64,000 nt of DNA from NCBI GenBank assembly GCA_047495785.1, contig JBLDXI010000021.1, forward strand, positions 2,294,001 to 2,358,000, in the 5' to 3' direction. This document shows, one piece after another, positions 27,701-40,108 of this stretch (position 1 is its first letter; every line of letters starts with the position of its first letter). The stretch is from Lepidodermella squamata. Its lineage: Eukaryota > Animalia > Gastrotricha. Position numbers and translations under genes: made by a program. Below the pieces are notes generated by a model that was not told where the DNA came from, searched no databases, and saw nothing but the letters and a program-made list of their open reading frames with translations.

Positions 27701-28697
27701 CGAGGCAATTAAAATTCTAGGCCGGTGAGCTAGTTGCACGTGCCCACGCGCTTTGAGACCTCGATGCTTTTTTTTACGCCAAAAGTTGCCACCTAAAACA
27801 CCAATGATTTACTTGGGAAAACACTCGAGAGAGAGAGATTATACCGATAATTTCATATTGCCTTTTCTAGCCGCTTAACTTGACTTTTTCCGATGCGCAT
27901 GCGTTGTGGGGAATAATCCCTTCAACAACGACACAAATACTCGCCGGATTTCAACGCTCAATTACGCTTTTTTTACCATCTTATCGTGACGTTTCTTTAC
28001 TTTCCGTGTCATGCCCGCCGGCGGGCAGATTAATTATACAATAGGCCTACTTTTTAACGGCTAGTGAGAGATTAAAAAAATAACCATCTATTTTATTATT
28101 TAGCTCATCTTTATTAGGCTAATTTGCCGCAATTTTGCAAAGCAATTGCACGCGACAAAAATATCTCACGGCTCATCGCAGTAATTATTATTCTGTTTTT
28201 AAGGTGGATATGCACCTGTGATGGTTCTTCCTAGTAATTACTTTCATCTCCTAGGGGCTGAGCCTTACGCACTCAAGGCGCACGGCTACTTTATTTTTTG
28301 TTCTTAAACCTTTTAGCACCAGATCGCTGATTTTTTTAATACTGCATTATCTGTCACCGCAATTTCGTTCATTGCTAATACTGGATTATCGCTTTTAATT
28401 TGTATAGGTGGCAATTTATTATTAAAAGCAGCGCAGAAAAAGCTCTGAAATTGAACCTAGCACCCGGGCGTTGACTTGTCAATAACGATGAAGCAACAAC
28501 GCTGTCGACGCGGCCCGGCCGCTGACACCCTGCTCGCCACCGAGCAAGCCGTCGCGCCGCCGTCGTCGTCGCCCGTCGCCGTGTGCCCGTCGTCGCTCGC
28601 CGCTTCTTCGTCGCCACTTCTCCTGCGGTTGGCGCACCGGCACGAATGCAGTAAGGCCGCTGGCCCGCAGCGCAGCAGCCGCCTGTCCCCGATCGCC

Positions 28698-29927
28698 ATG
28701 TCGTTCGTGGCGCTACTGCTGGCGTTTGTTTTCGCCCCGTCGCCTCTCGTTGTTAACGCCGTGCCCGATGGACCATTCGACGACGATGCCAACGTGCTGC
28801 CTGATGGCGTGTTCCTCGAGGAAGCTGCGACGGCGACGATTGCGCCCTCTTCATGCCCGTCCGGCTGCTCCTGCTTCTTCACGCTCATGTACTGCTTCGG
28901 CGTCAACTCCATTCCGTCCTCCATCTCGCCGGCCACCAAATTCGTCTCCATCTCAAATTCAGTTCGTTTAATTTCCCATTACATTGTTCCTAAATGTAGC
29001 TTAGGTAGGATTACTTACGTCCGGAGAACGTAGAATATCAAGAAGTTGCTCCCAACGCTTTCAGAGAATGTAGACGAAAATCGTTGGCTTACCCAAATGT
29101 TTTATTTGCTTGCGATTTGGTCTCACCTGATTTCGGTTGAGCTCACAGGTCGTCCTTCTTCGCTTCTCGGCTTCTCGGCAAGTAAGGAAACACAGTGGAA
29201 AATCAGCTTCGCTTTCATTATTTTAGGTCAATAAGTTTGAACACAGATTATAGCTGACAGAGAACGTCCTGGTTTCCTTGTTATTCGTCCTCGTCATGAA
29301 TATAGGGAAAAATAGGGTTAAAAAATTAGGGACAACCGTTGGGCTTTCCAAATGCTTCCTACTATAACTATTACTTTTTTCTACAGCAATTCGTCAACCC
29401 GGTGATATCGCGAGCCAACTTCTCGCAGGGTTATGAAAATGTCGAAGACATTTCAATCCAATACACCAACCTGGCTACTATTCAAAATCAGGCCTTCGAC
29501 AACCTCCGACGAGTCCGTTATATCTGTAAGTTGAACGTAGCATTTAGTTCGATTTTTTTCTGAAAAATGCTCTTCCTTCAGCCCTCGACCACAACCAACT
29601 GCGTTCGCTACCTTCGTCAATGCTGCGCGTTCTCGCCCGTGCGAAATTCGTATCGCTCTTCTCAAATCAGTGGAACTGCAATCGAGAGTAATTTCTTATA
29701 ACATTTCCATAATATATTCAATTTCATCTGTCCTTGATGCATTTTATAGTATCGCATGGCTGTACGAAGTTTACCGTTCGAACCCGGACAAGTTCGGCTC
29801 CGGCTGCCTCGACCCTGACTGCCGGTTCGTGTCGCAACTGCGTTGCAATTCGCCGGCCAACTTCCGCAACCTCGACTTTGTTAACATCACTTTTAGCCAG
29901 TACCAGCAGATGCAAACCGCGTCGTAA
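28698..29927 (+). CDS. Small secreted leucine-rich-repeat protein (LRRNT, ~3 LRRs, LRRCT); exons ~28698-28961, 29387-29525, 29582-29687, 29749-29927; an upstream in-frame ATG exists at 28488
   Basis: Signal MSFVALLLAFVFAPSPLVVNA; LRRNT CPSGCSCFFTLMYC; LRRs ISIQYTNLATIQNQAFDNL and LDHNQLRSLPSSML; LRRCT SLFSNQWNCNRDIAWL...LRCNSPANFRN; no TM segment. Confidence 0.8.
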
Positions 29928-31904
29928 AAAGCTGGCATTTATATAATTATATTTATACAGATGAAATTTATTTACGTTAAATAATATGGCTAACTTCAAA
30001 TTTCAAGTCGGATCTTAGTATCTTCTTCTATCTTCTCTTTTCGCCCCATGCAGTACGCAACCAATTTTCAAACTTCTGTGTATTATGTTCTCGTGTCACA
30101 TTTCCGCTAAAAGTATTCTCAGACGCTCTTCAGACCTATGAAAATGAAAAAAGTAAGGAATGAATCCTTGAAAAACCTCTTGCACAGCATAAGTGTCTGT
30201 GATCCTCCACTTGCCATCTGTCTTTTTTCTCCACATTTCCTCTCCTATCATTCTTTGTATCATAGTTGCGCTTTGGTCGGCAATTTTTTAAACTAAAGGC
30301 CGCGAGACTGAAGTTGACCTGATTTTGTAAAAACAACCCCCTTAAATTTCTTGTAAATATATATATTATTTCATTTAGTTTCTACGCATTATTGGAACGA
30401 TAATTTCTGTACCTATGTACTTATTTGTGTCACAAATGTGGAGCGAATAACAAGTAAGAACCGTGTGTTTCTATCTCTTCGTCTCATCTCTCTCTTCTCT
30501 CTATCTCTTGCTATTTCTTGTTATTCATGTATATCGTTCATCATGTATATCGTGGCGCCATCAAAAATTTTTTGTTAACGTCTTTATATTTGTTGCTGTT
30601 CAAATAACCGCGTTTACCTCCAGTGTTGATGAGCGGTTGTATAAAATGATGTTTGGAAGAGAGACAAGAGGAACGTGCGAAAAGTATTGATATACATATT
30701 GCAACTGCCCCCGTGCACTCGACAGTTTTTGATTTAAATAATTCATAAATATTATGGATGTTATATCGAAATAAAAAGAGAAATGTTTTGTTGTACTTGA
30801 ACCACAAGTGACCGTCACACCGAAAATCTTTTATTTCAAAAACTTTTCTCAAATTGCTATTTATAGGTCGCGTCGAGATGTTGCCAGGTGCACTCAAATT
30901 ATTGTCAAAGAATTATTAATTTTCACAGACAGGCGATAATGGTGATGAAGGCAACTTATATGTACAACGAAATGGAACAAAGAGTAGATACTTATACAAA
31001 AAAAACGAAGTTAACGATGGCCAAGATGTGAGCCATCGAGATATTCATCAAAAATATAACGAAACAATATGTATATATACCTGTTTAGAACATTTTTGCC
31101 TCTTTTAGCTAGCTTTGGAATTTTTGCGGTTTTCGCTGCCTTTGTTTTATCAGAGCTTGAAACCCGCCGGAATGTACAAGGTGACAAAAACACATTTCAG
31201 GTGATAAGGATGATAACAACAGAGTTACCCCATTTGCATCACGCGTTTTTTGTTCACGCCGCAGTTATTATACAATTTTGGCTATTCAGCAGTTTTTGCC
31301 ACGGCTCGCTTTGCTTGCAATAAGATGTTGAGATGACAGCAGGCTGGTATTAGAAGAGAAGTTGACTGCCAGAGAGAGAAAGAGAGGGACAGATGATATC
31401 AATTGTTATTGCAATTAATCGTCGTATAAAAAGTTGCGCTCTTTCTTCACACTTCAAAAAGTGCGAAACAATAATTGTTGAGAAATTATTTTGCAAGAGA
31501 GACGAATTGCGTTAAAGCCGCTGCCGGTGAGAAAATAGTGTACAAAAAATGCGAATAATCTACATCGTTGGATAGATCTTGCTTATACATACTTCCATCT
31601 ATTTGCAATGAAGAAGGTTACAAAGACGCGCGAGAATTCTCTTTGTAAGGATTGTTCCTTAGTTTTCCAAATCTAGGAATAACAGAAGAGCCCTCCTCTC
31701 ATTATTACATACCGAAATAAGATATAAGATGAAAAATCACTCAAATTTTGACCGAGTTAAAGAATCGATAATATTTTCTATATTACAAGTGCTTCGATGT
31801 AAGTTTGTTCCGAATTGTTATTTCAAGTTATTTCTTGAGTACATTTTTTTATACAAAACTTTGAAAATTTGGAATGTATCGATAAGCTTATAAAGTCAAT
31901 ATAT

Positions 31905-33212
31905 CTAATACAGATACAGCACCGGTGCCGTCAAAGCAGCAACAAGAATTAAAGAAGATGGGTGTCGTAGTAGAGACTGTGCACCTGAATGGCCAACGAT
32001 CAGCTTAGGATAAGGTGCTGAAATGAATTGTTTATCGTATGAAAAAAATTTGTTCTAAAATCACATACCAACGCATCGGTAATATGCCGATTCCGGACAT
32101 TGGATGCACTTGAACTCGGGTAGGCACAGCCTGTTGTTCGAGGCTAGAACTGTCGCGGTGCAGGCAGCATTCAGCCCAACTTGCGGCTCTATAAAAATTC
32201 AATCAAAATAAATCATTCACTACCCTGAAACTCTCAACTTTGTTAAGAAATCACAATAAAACGTACCATAGCTTGCGATACATGCGTACTGGAGTCCTTG
32301 ATCTGTCGTGTAAGTGACAGACTTGTAGCCGCTGTCGCATAGGCATCGGCCGCTTTCGCAGTGGCTGTTCGGAACCGTCATGCAATCGCTAGCGTCCGTG
32401 CAAGAGTCGCCTGGCGCCTCTGTATTACATCAGAAATAAGTTAAAATTGTTCGTTAAGAGTTTTCATTCAACGAACTGGCAACGCAGTCGTAGTTGTTGG
32501 GCGAACTGGGCTTGAAACCAGGCCGGCATTGGCACTTGTTAGCCGTGCAGTACATCGAGTAGTAACACGCCGCGTCGTCGTAGCAAAGTTCGCCGAGCTT
32601 GCCCGTCGCCAAGTTCGGCACGCAGTCGTTGCCTTTCGGCCCGAGGCCTTTGTAGCCGTAGTTGCACTGGCACGTGCCTTGTGAGCAGCTCATATGGTCA
32701 CCGTAGCAGACGTCTGTCGCCGGGTTGCACGACTCGCCCAAGCTGATGACTAAATATTGAAATGGGATGGGGGAAAAATAGACAAATATATAATTTAAAA
32801 TTCAAAGTGGCACAGGCACAATTAGCAGGAAAAAGCGTCAGCGACTATAGCAGCTATTAAAGGTACGGGTGAGTCAGGCGGTAGGCAGCGGGTAGGGTTC
32901 AGCTGGCGGACTACACGAGTTTTTCCATACTTTTGTAGCATTGACTGTTGACGCGGCGGTGGCCGACGGCGCACGCGCACCGGCCGTTGTTGCACGTCGG
33001 CGACGAGCGGAGGCATATCGCATTGCCGATCCCGGCGCAGTCCGAGTCGACGGAGCACATCAGGTCCAGTTGCGCTGTAAAACCGAACCTTGTGTAAAAA
33101 GCGGTCGATTTCGATGGAGAAACTTTAACTCACCTAGAACTGGCGATGATGTAAAAATGGTGGCTACGACCATAAATGAGCCAAAGATTCGTTGTAGCAT
33201 TCTTCGCCGCAT
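31905..33212 (-). CDS. Cys-rich EB/EGF-like module protein, paralog 7 (inverted); exons ~33212-33134, 33074-32931, 32750-32477, 32419-32267, 32188-32069, 32017-31905
   Basis: MRRRMLQRIFGSFMVVATIFTSSPVL signal; CLRSSPTCNNGRCAC; GELCYDDAACYYSMYC; tail SLILVAALTAPVLYLY*. Confidence 0.83.
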
Positions 33213-35898
33213 AAAACCGCGGATTTTTTTGCTGTAATAAAGCTATTTGCTAGAAAAACCTATGGAGCAATGCAGAACGGAGACATGAATGGGAAATTTC
33301 CAAGAATAACCGTATGCGGGGTGTTTGCTCGAGCGTGTGCGCGCGCGGAAAAAACGGTGATAATGGCTAATTTCGATCCGGGCCTGCGGGTGTGGAATCG
33401 GGTAAATAGCCGTCGGTGAATCGGCAACGAAGTCACGGCCGTTGCGCATGCTTAGGCGCCCACCAGCCGTCGTCTCTGCCGTCGTCGCCGGGCCGTGTGT
33501 TTGCCGGCGGCGATGATACGGCGCGAGTGACAGCAGTGAAGTTGAGGACACGGTCTCGGCGCAAGTGCATTGATATGCAAGTACAAACAACGGCCGTGCC
33601 CTTTTGCGAAGGCACTACTACCTGCTCGTTGTCGTCGTGTCGAGTGGCGGATAGGGTATCATCGTTCATCATCGCCTCGCGGCTGGCGATCATCCGGAAA
33701 TGTGCTGACTCGGTACGGTGTTGGCATTGACGCCAACTCGAGCCGTGTGTTTGTAATGTATACGCAGTAATAATACCGGTCTGTACGGCAGTGGGGTCGG
33801 CAGACGGACGCGCGGCCTACCTGTTTGACGGCCGGACACTACTGAGATTTGTGTACAATAAACACGCTGCTGCGGGATTAGCGCCGGTATTGTGCGCCAC
33901 AGGGTGAGTTAAGGTCACCGCCCCGGCGCCATCAGCGGCGCGCATCAGCCCCATCGCCAGTGCGCGGCATTGGCGCCGATGTGCTACCGAGCAATAAAAC
34001 CGCGCCGACGACGGCGCCGACGTGTTTGCGGCGGCCCGGCAGCCAGGGGACAAGTGTCGCCGTAAATAATGCCGCCGCCGACCGGATTTCGGGGGCGCCG
34101 TCGTCTCGACGCTTGTTGACCGCAGCCACTACCGGCGCTCGAGCACCTGCGCTACACTTGGCCAAGTGTTTTAGTCGCAGGCCAAAAATCGCCATCAACA
34201 TCATCTCAGCTCGCAGAATCACCGCGTCGAAGTGGCTTTGTTGCGCTGCCGAGTGGAACGGCGCTATATAGGATTATGTGTTTTATTCTAAGCAGCATCG
34301 ATTCTCTTCTTCTTTTACCATCGCCGCATTTCTTTACACATTTATTTTTGCTCAAGTCGGCGCCAACAAAAGTGGGCGGAACACAATACATGTGAGGCTA
34401 GGAAGAAAGTAAATACCAACAACAACAACAACAAACACGCGGCGCGTTATTTTATTCCGAATACTCTGCGAAAATTGGCCGACTACAATGTAATAATATG
34501 ATAAACATCGGTGAATATAAGGACATTTTTCGCCTACATACAAAAAGTTTCGCAATTAATCAGGGTGAAAATGTTCAAAGAATTTCTGCTCAGCTGATGG
34601 ACCTGATGATGCTATGCGGAGATGACCGCACCTTAGTGCAACTCCTCTTCGAATCAAACTCGTGGTTTTACGCTTCAAGTGTTTTAAATGATGATGAAAA
34701 TAGAGCGCGGGGTCAATTTTAGTAATTACGTCTGCAATCAAATTCCCGAGTCGGCTGTGATAAGTGCACATTTCTTGAGGTCCTCTGGTCAATCGCTGAC
34801 AAATCCACGGTAAGTTTAAAGCCGGCGACTCATGACAACTGGTTGCTGGAATATTCTTCGAGAATAGCCAAGCAATCACCACATCATTGCCTAATTTTGT
34901 TGACGTCGCGGGCTAAGGAGGTATGGGGCGTGATTTTATTGCCATTTCAGACGCCTTTTGTAACCGAATCAGGCCAGTTGTAAGGCGGAATATACTCGCA
35001 GCATTGAAAAAAGCGCGCGCGATATATATTATGCTAATGTGTGGCGCAAATATTGCGCTTTTTTCCAGACAGAAAGAGATGCATCGATAAACGATCATCT
35101 GCGAAAACTTCAAATAATGCCGTCGTTTTTTCGTGCAGCTCTTACAGCATATAATAAGAGTCTTACAGTAAAGGCGATTATAACGCTACAGTGAGATAAA
35201 AAATGGTCGCCTCGATATTCAATTACCGTTCAGTTCTTTGCCATTTTTGCCATTTTCGTACTGCTTCAATTACTCGCCTCCTTCGCAGGCATTCTATGGG
35301 AAACTTTTTACTAAGATCGAAAATATAAGAACAGAAAATCTCTGATTTTCAGCTTTATTTTTTTCAAGGCCAAAGGAAACTTGCCGAATTTTCCTTCTCT
35401 CAGATGGGTTGGTAAAGTAAGAATCCCAATATTCAAATATTCAGGAAATAAGAGAAAATCTATAACGTAAGAATAGGAAATTTGAACCATGGTCCAACGA
35501 AAATTAAATTTCCTCAAATGACAAGCGTAAACTGCCAAAAATTAGCTTATGATTATATTTCTTCAATTACTTATTTGTATAAGGCTGATTAGTGTTTCCA
35601 CATGACGAATCCTATGGGACTTCGGTAATACTAATACATTCTGAAGGACAAAGAAGCAGAATTTCTTAAGACACGTCTTATTAATTTTATTTTCTTATCG
35701 TCTGTTGCTTTTTTTCACTTGCAAGTATAAGCCTTGTGGTCCATTTTCGTCATTTAAGAAGTAGCAAAGTATAAATCAGCCCATCTGATTCTTCGCTTCA
35801 ACTTCGATTGGGATGGGTCCTTTTATTTGATCTTTGAATCAGCAGTTTGATAAAAGTTGCGCTGATGTGTATCGACACTTAGATCTAGTTTATTAGCG

Positions 35899-36086
35899 AT
35901 GATAAATTTCGCAATCGCCCTATCACTTGCCGCTGGTGTGATGGTCGGTGTCAGCGCTGTCAACTTCCGAGACACGAAGAGCTCTTTCGTCTTTTCACCA
36001 CCAGAAGAGGTAAATCAATCTTTGATTAGATACCGCATAGACACCAATTACCTATAACTCAGAAAGTTGCTTTCATCACTCCATGA
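35899..36086 (+). CDS. Putative 44-aa secreted peptide precursor (exons 35899-36009, 36063-36086)
   Basis: MINFAIALSLAAGVMVGVSA|VNFRDTKSSFVFSPPEE|KVAFITP*; 53-nt phase-0 GT-AG intron; TATAAA ~130 nt upstream; AATAAA at ~36132. Confidence 0.55.
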
Positions 36087-37322
36087 CTTGGAATTTTTCC
36101 AACCTTCATCACAGCTAACGTTTAGTGTTAGAATAAATGATGAGGAATAATTACTATATATTGCAATTAAAAGCTGCTGTTTTGTACCACATGCGATATT
36201 ATTAACCTGCAATACTTAAAATAGCGATCTTGCGAGCCGAAAATATTTTCTCACGCGCATCACTTCTTTCATCTTGATTACTATGCGCTTTTTATATGCA
36301 TGTGCTATGTCCGCTTATTTCTCGCTCATGTGATTTACATGGTGATGAAGTGGCTAATATGAAAATGAGGACAACAATGATCCGAAAAAAATCGACCGTT
36401 TTTGTACTATTTTAGCCAGTCGTCCCCAGGATGGCGTGTTGCGCATCGCCTTTCTTTTCTCAATGACTGCGCGAACCAAATTTATGCGCGTATATCGCCC
36501 GGGCGATCAGCGCCTCATCACCATCCTCCGCATATTCCAAGTTGGATTTTGCGTTGTCATCATTATATAGTAACTCTATTATTAGGTAAATTGGGCGTGG
36601 GCCGACAAACGCATCGCGCTTGTCCGGCTTATATCGGGCCTCGTATGGGCTAAAAAAAATTGGCAGAGAAAACAATCGCATAAACAAGGCGACGCGAGTT
36701 GCGAGTGAAGCCGCGCGAAATTTAATACACGTGCAAACATCCGTTCGTACAAATAATATAGCCAATGGCGAAGAGCTCTCGTCAGCCGCCTCAAGACCAG
36801 AATTTATAATATTCATTGCAGGGAGTGATTGGAAAAACGAGTCGCGGACCAGCGCGCATGATTAGTCGCCACGATGTTGTGCGGGTGTGGATGCGCGTGT
36901 AATAAATTGAGCAAGCATAGCCATTATTACTATTTTTTTTTACATGCTCCATATCCGTGAGTGGATCCCGCATCTACACAGACGCAAGACAGTGCTTTTG
37001 GAAAAACAAAAGCGCGCGCGCCCACTTTTCCCACACGCGATTGCTCATATCGGCATTTTATTAACAGACGATTATGCTGTATGTGTATTATTTCACATAT
37101 ATCCGATTGGCCATTTCCGATCATCGTCGCATCGCAAATAAAATTTTGCGGCGTCGCACTTGATGTTTTTCAAAGTTTGCCAGTATAAAATCGCCTCCCA
37201 CAGCCTCAAGCTTATTAGCCCGTGACGTCTCGGACTTGCCCTGTCATTTATAACACTTGGCCTGTGCGATTATCGTTAGGAACGAATTTAGTATTAAAAC
37301 GCTATTTGATAGCCTTCAGTCT

Positions 37323-38062
37323 ATGCCTTTGAACGATTGGCCTGGATCGGCTTTGAGTCACCGGCTGCCGTCCGTTGCCAACGCTCTCCTGACCACAGGC
37401 TACACATGCCTGCTACTTTCGCTGCTGTTGCCCGCCCCGTCCTCAGCCATCAGCTTCAACCGCTCGCCTTCATCGTCCCTTCAACGAGTAGCGCGGCAGC
37501 AGCGCTCTTGGCGCCCGTCACGTTTCATTTCTAAATATTTGTCATGGAGTGATGTTAGTCGGCTTTGCAAAGAGTTATATCATCAAAATTATCCCAATCT
37601 TAATAGCATTTATAATTTGTGATTAATTTTCAATTTTTTTAATATAGTTCTATTCTCAAACCCAGGAATGCCTTCCCAACAATTCACCTTGCTTCGGCTC
37701 GAATGAATGCTGCGGCGAGAGCGTAAGCTTTAACCTGGTTTTAACCTGACTTCTCAATCAAATTGAATATTTATCCCTAAAAGCTCTGCTACATCGTAGC
37801 TGACACGTCGGACGCATCGAATGGGTAAGCATAATATAGATTATTTGTACGTTGACAATAATTTTTCCGATTTTACAGCGGAGTAGGATTTTGTTCCAAG
37901 CTGACCGCTGGTAACGGCCGTATTAAGAACAACGAAGCGTGCGAAACGAGCAGTGATTGCCTGCCTGGTTCTTGCTGTCAGCCAGTGTTTAGCCGAAGGA
38001 AAGGCATGGTCCGCGAGTGCCACGTAGCCAAAAAGTCGAGCAACTGCATCACGGCTATGTAA
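37323..38062 (+). CDS. Secreted Cys-rich precursor with two tandem C-C-CC-C-C domains (knottin/ITG-like/prohormone-3-like); exons 37323-37553, 37666-37722, 37784-37824, 37879-38062
   Basis: Hydrophobic signal (YTCLLLSLLLPAPSSA), RxxR sites (RVARQQR), then ECLPNNSPCFGSNECCGESLC...GFC and ACETSSDCLPGSCC...REC...NC; three introns with consistent phases 0,0,2. Confidence 0.75.
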
Positions 38063-40108
38063 CCAGCTTCTAGTCTCTGAATTTATGGATCGTCTATTCA
38101 AGAGCATTTGAGATGGCTCTTACCGCGAGATTTTTAGAACAAAACATTACCGTCAACATATTCCAACTGATATTTTTGTATTTCTAATTACAAAAGCTAT
38201 GAATAGCTAAGTTACATTATTCAAATTATAAGATCTGATACTTAATTACACCATCTCATTTGCGTTATATGTCCATTGCCAATCCCCAAACAAGGAAAAA
38301 TACATCAATAAACCAGCTTCTGGTAAAAAAAATGTTTACCGATGTTTTCCACCAGCCAAAGGCGTTTCATGCCAACCGAGACGATAGGATTATGAAGAAT
38401 GAAAGCTGAATGTTGGTAGAAAAAAAGATCGGCTCCGCTGGCGCGACTTGAGAGGGCAATAAAACAAAAAGAGCGCACTCTGCGCACCTGGGGTTGTTAC
38501 GTTATTTTGATTGACGGCATGCGCCTTATTTATCAAGGTGGCCCCATTGTCATTATGCGGTACTAATTATGCGGAAACATGGTCCTGTTTTTTTACCCCT
38601 GACATTCTTACCCGCTTCCAGCTTCGGGAACAAACAATTATAAGCTGCTGATTTTTTTTCTAAATTAAGTATCAATTAAGGAGGCTTAGAAGAGGTGTCA
38701 AAACCTCCCACGCAGGTTCATGTGCACCTTTCATTCACAGATACTGGTAAAAATATTTGACTTCTATCAGCGGCCGGGAACCTAAAATAAACGCAGGTGT
38801 TACGTTTTTACGACGGAGGGGTAATGCGCTCGCGCTCGGCAGATCCGCTGTTACATAAGAAGATAGCTTTTCCCCGGCAGCAATAAAAATTGATTCACAA
38901 AAAATAAAAGTCGACTACTATCATTGCGTGTACATGTGGTGTAATTGTATTAGTGGGGGGTTATCTCCCACGTGCTCGTCACCCGAACGCGCGACTTTTG
39001 TTTTTTTCAACCGTGAACAAGTTGATGCGTTTATTAAAAGTTGCCGGCTCGGCAACATTACGCGATGTCCACTTGTTATCTTTCGTTCCTGTTAACATAT
39101 ATTTTCATGTTTTGCAACATCTTCGCGCATAATATTAGTTAGAGATAAATCTTTTAACATATGCTCCATTGTGGATTTTTACCTTTTGTCCAGACTTACG
39201 TTTAACGTTTAACGTTTTTTTGCAAAATTTTGCACGAAAAATAGTTTGAACATATTTGCACCCTTAAAATTTAGCTTGACAAGCTTTATATTCAGTGCCT
39301 ATTGCTCAAATATTCTTATTTGAGGAATTTCTTTTTGTAGAAAGGTTATATTAGGCGGCATTGCTCGAGAACAATGTGTTCGGGTGGAGTGGTATCAACG
39401 GATTACGCGGATTAAGGCGGACGCCGGTGGTTTGAAGCGTTTTTTGTCGCCATTGAACGGGTCCGCGCCTTGTTGCTGCTGAAGGTGTTATTATCATCCA
39501 CGATATTTCATTCAAAAAATTGCACGCCTCGGCTGCAACAAGGCGTATTTTTGTCGTAATATAAGTAATATATATTATCCTTTTACACGTTTCTAAAACC
39601 ACCGGGCGGTAAAATTTGAGGCAGCATGCGTTACAGGCAAAGACAGTTCAAGAACGCCGCACGCGCTAAAAAGCGGGGCAATTAATAATTAAAAGCAATT
39701 AATTAGCAAAAACGTCACTGGAGCTGCTCGTGTTAATGACGCCAGGATTGTTTTCTTGCGATTTTTCACGCCAGGCATATGCCAGCGTGGGTTTTCCATA
39801 CTTTAGTTAAGGATCCTGAAATTCTTTTGCCGTAGCATTCAGATTTCTTTCACCCAAAAGTTGCGTTAGTTTCGCGGCGGCCACTGCCAAAACTCGCGTT
39901 TCCACGCGGCCGTGGTGCGAAGGTGCCACGCGTGCGATATTGTTGTTGTCGCGGAGTTCGCGCTCCAGAAAAAACACACACCGACCTTCTTTAACAATGG
40001 CCCTTTTCGACGACGCATTTTTACACGCCTACTGTTCTGTCGTTTTCAGAGGCGAGATCGCTGCTTAGATTTCGCTCATTCATTAAAATTGTATTGAAAT
40101 ACGATATC

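Noticed and set aside
29890-29946. Frameshift hiding a final LRRCT Cys (alternative frame SRCKPRRKK)
   Set aside because: Its partner Cys in the usual CxC is also absent (NCNR), so the in-frame ending is self-consistent
33243-34400. GC-rich overlapping ORFs upstream of paralog 7 (also 3918-4324, 15725-16321, 26000-27720)
   Set aside because: Low-complexity Ala/Arg-rich translations in several frames with no domain or consistent exon chain; more likely regulatory/UTR sequence
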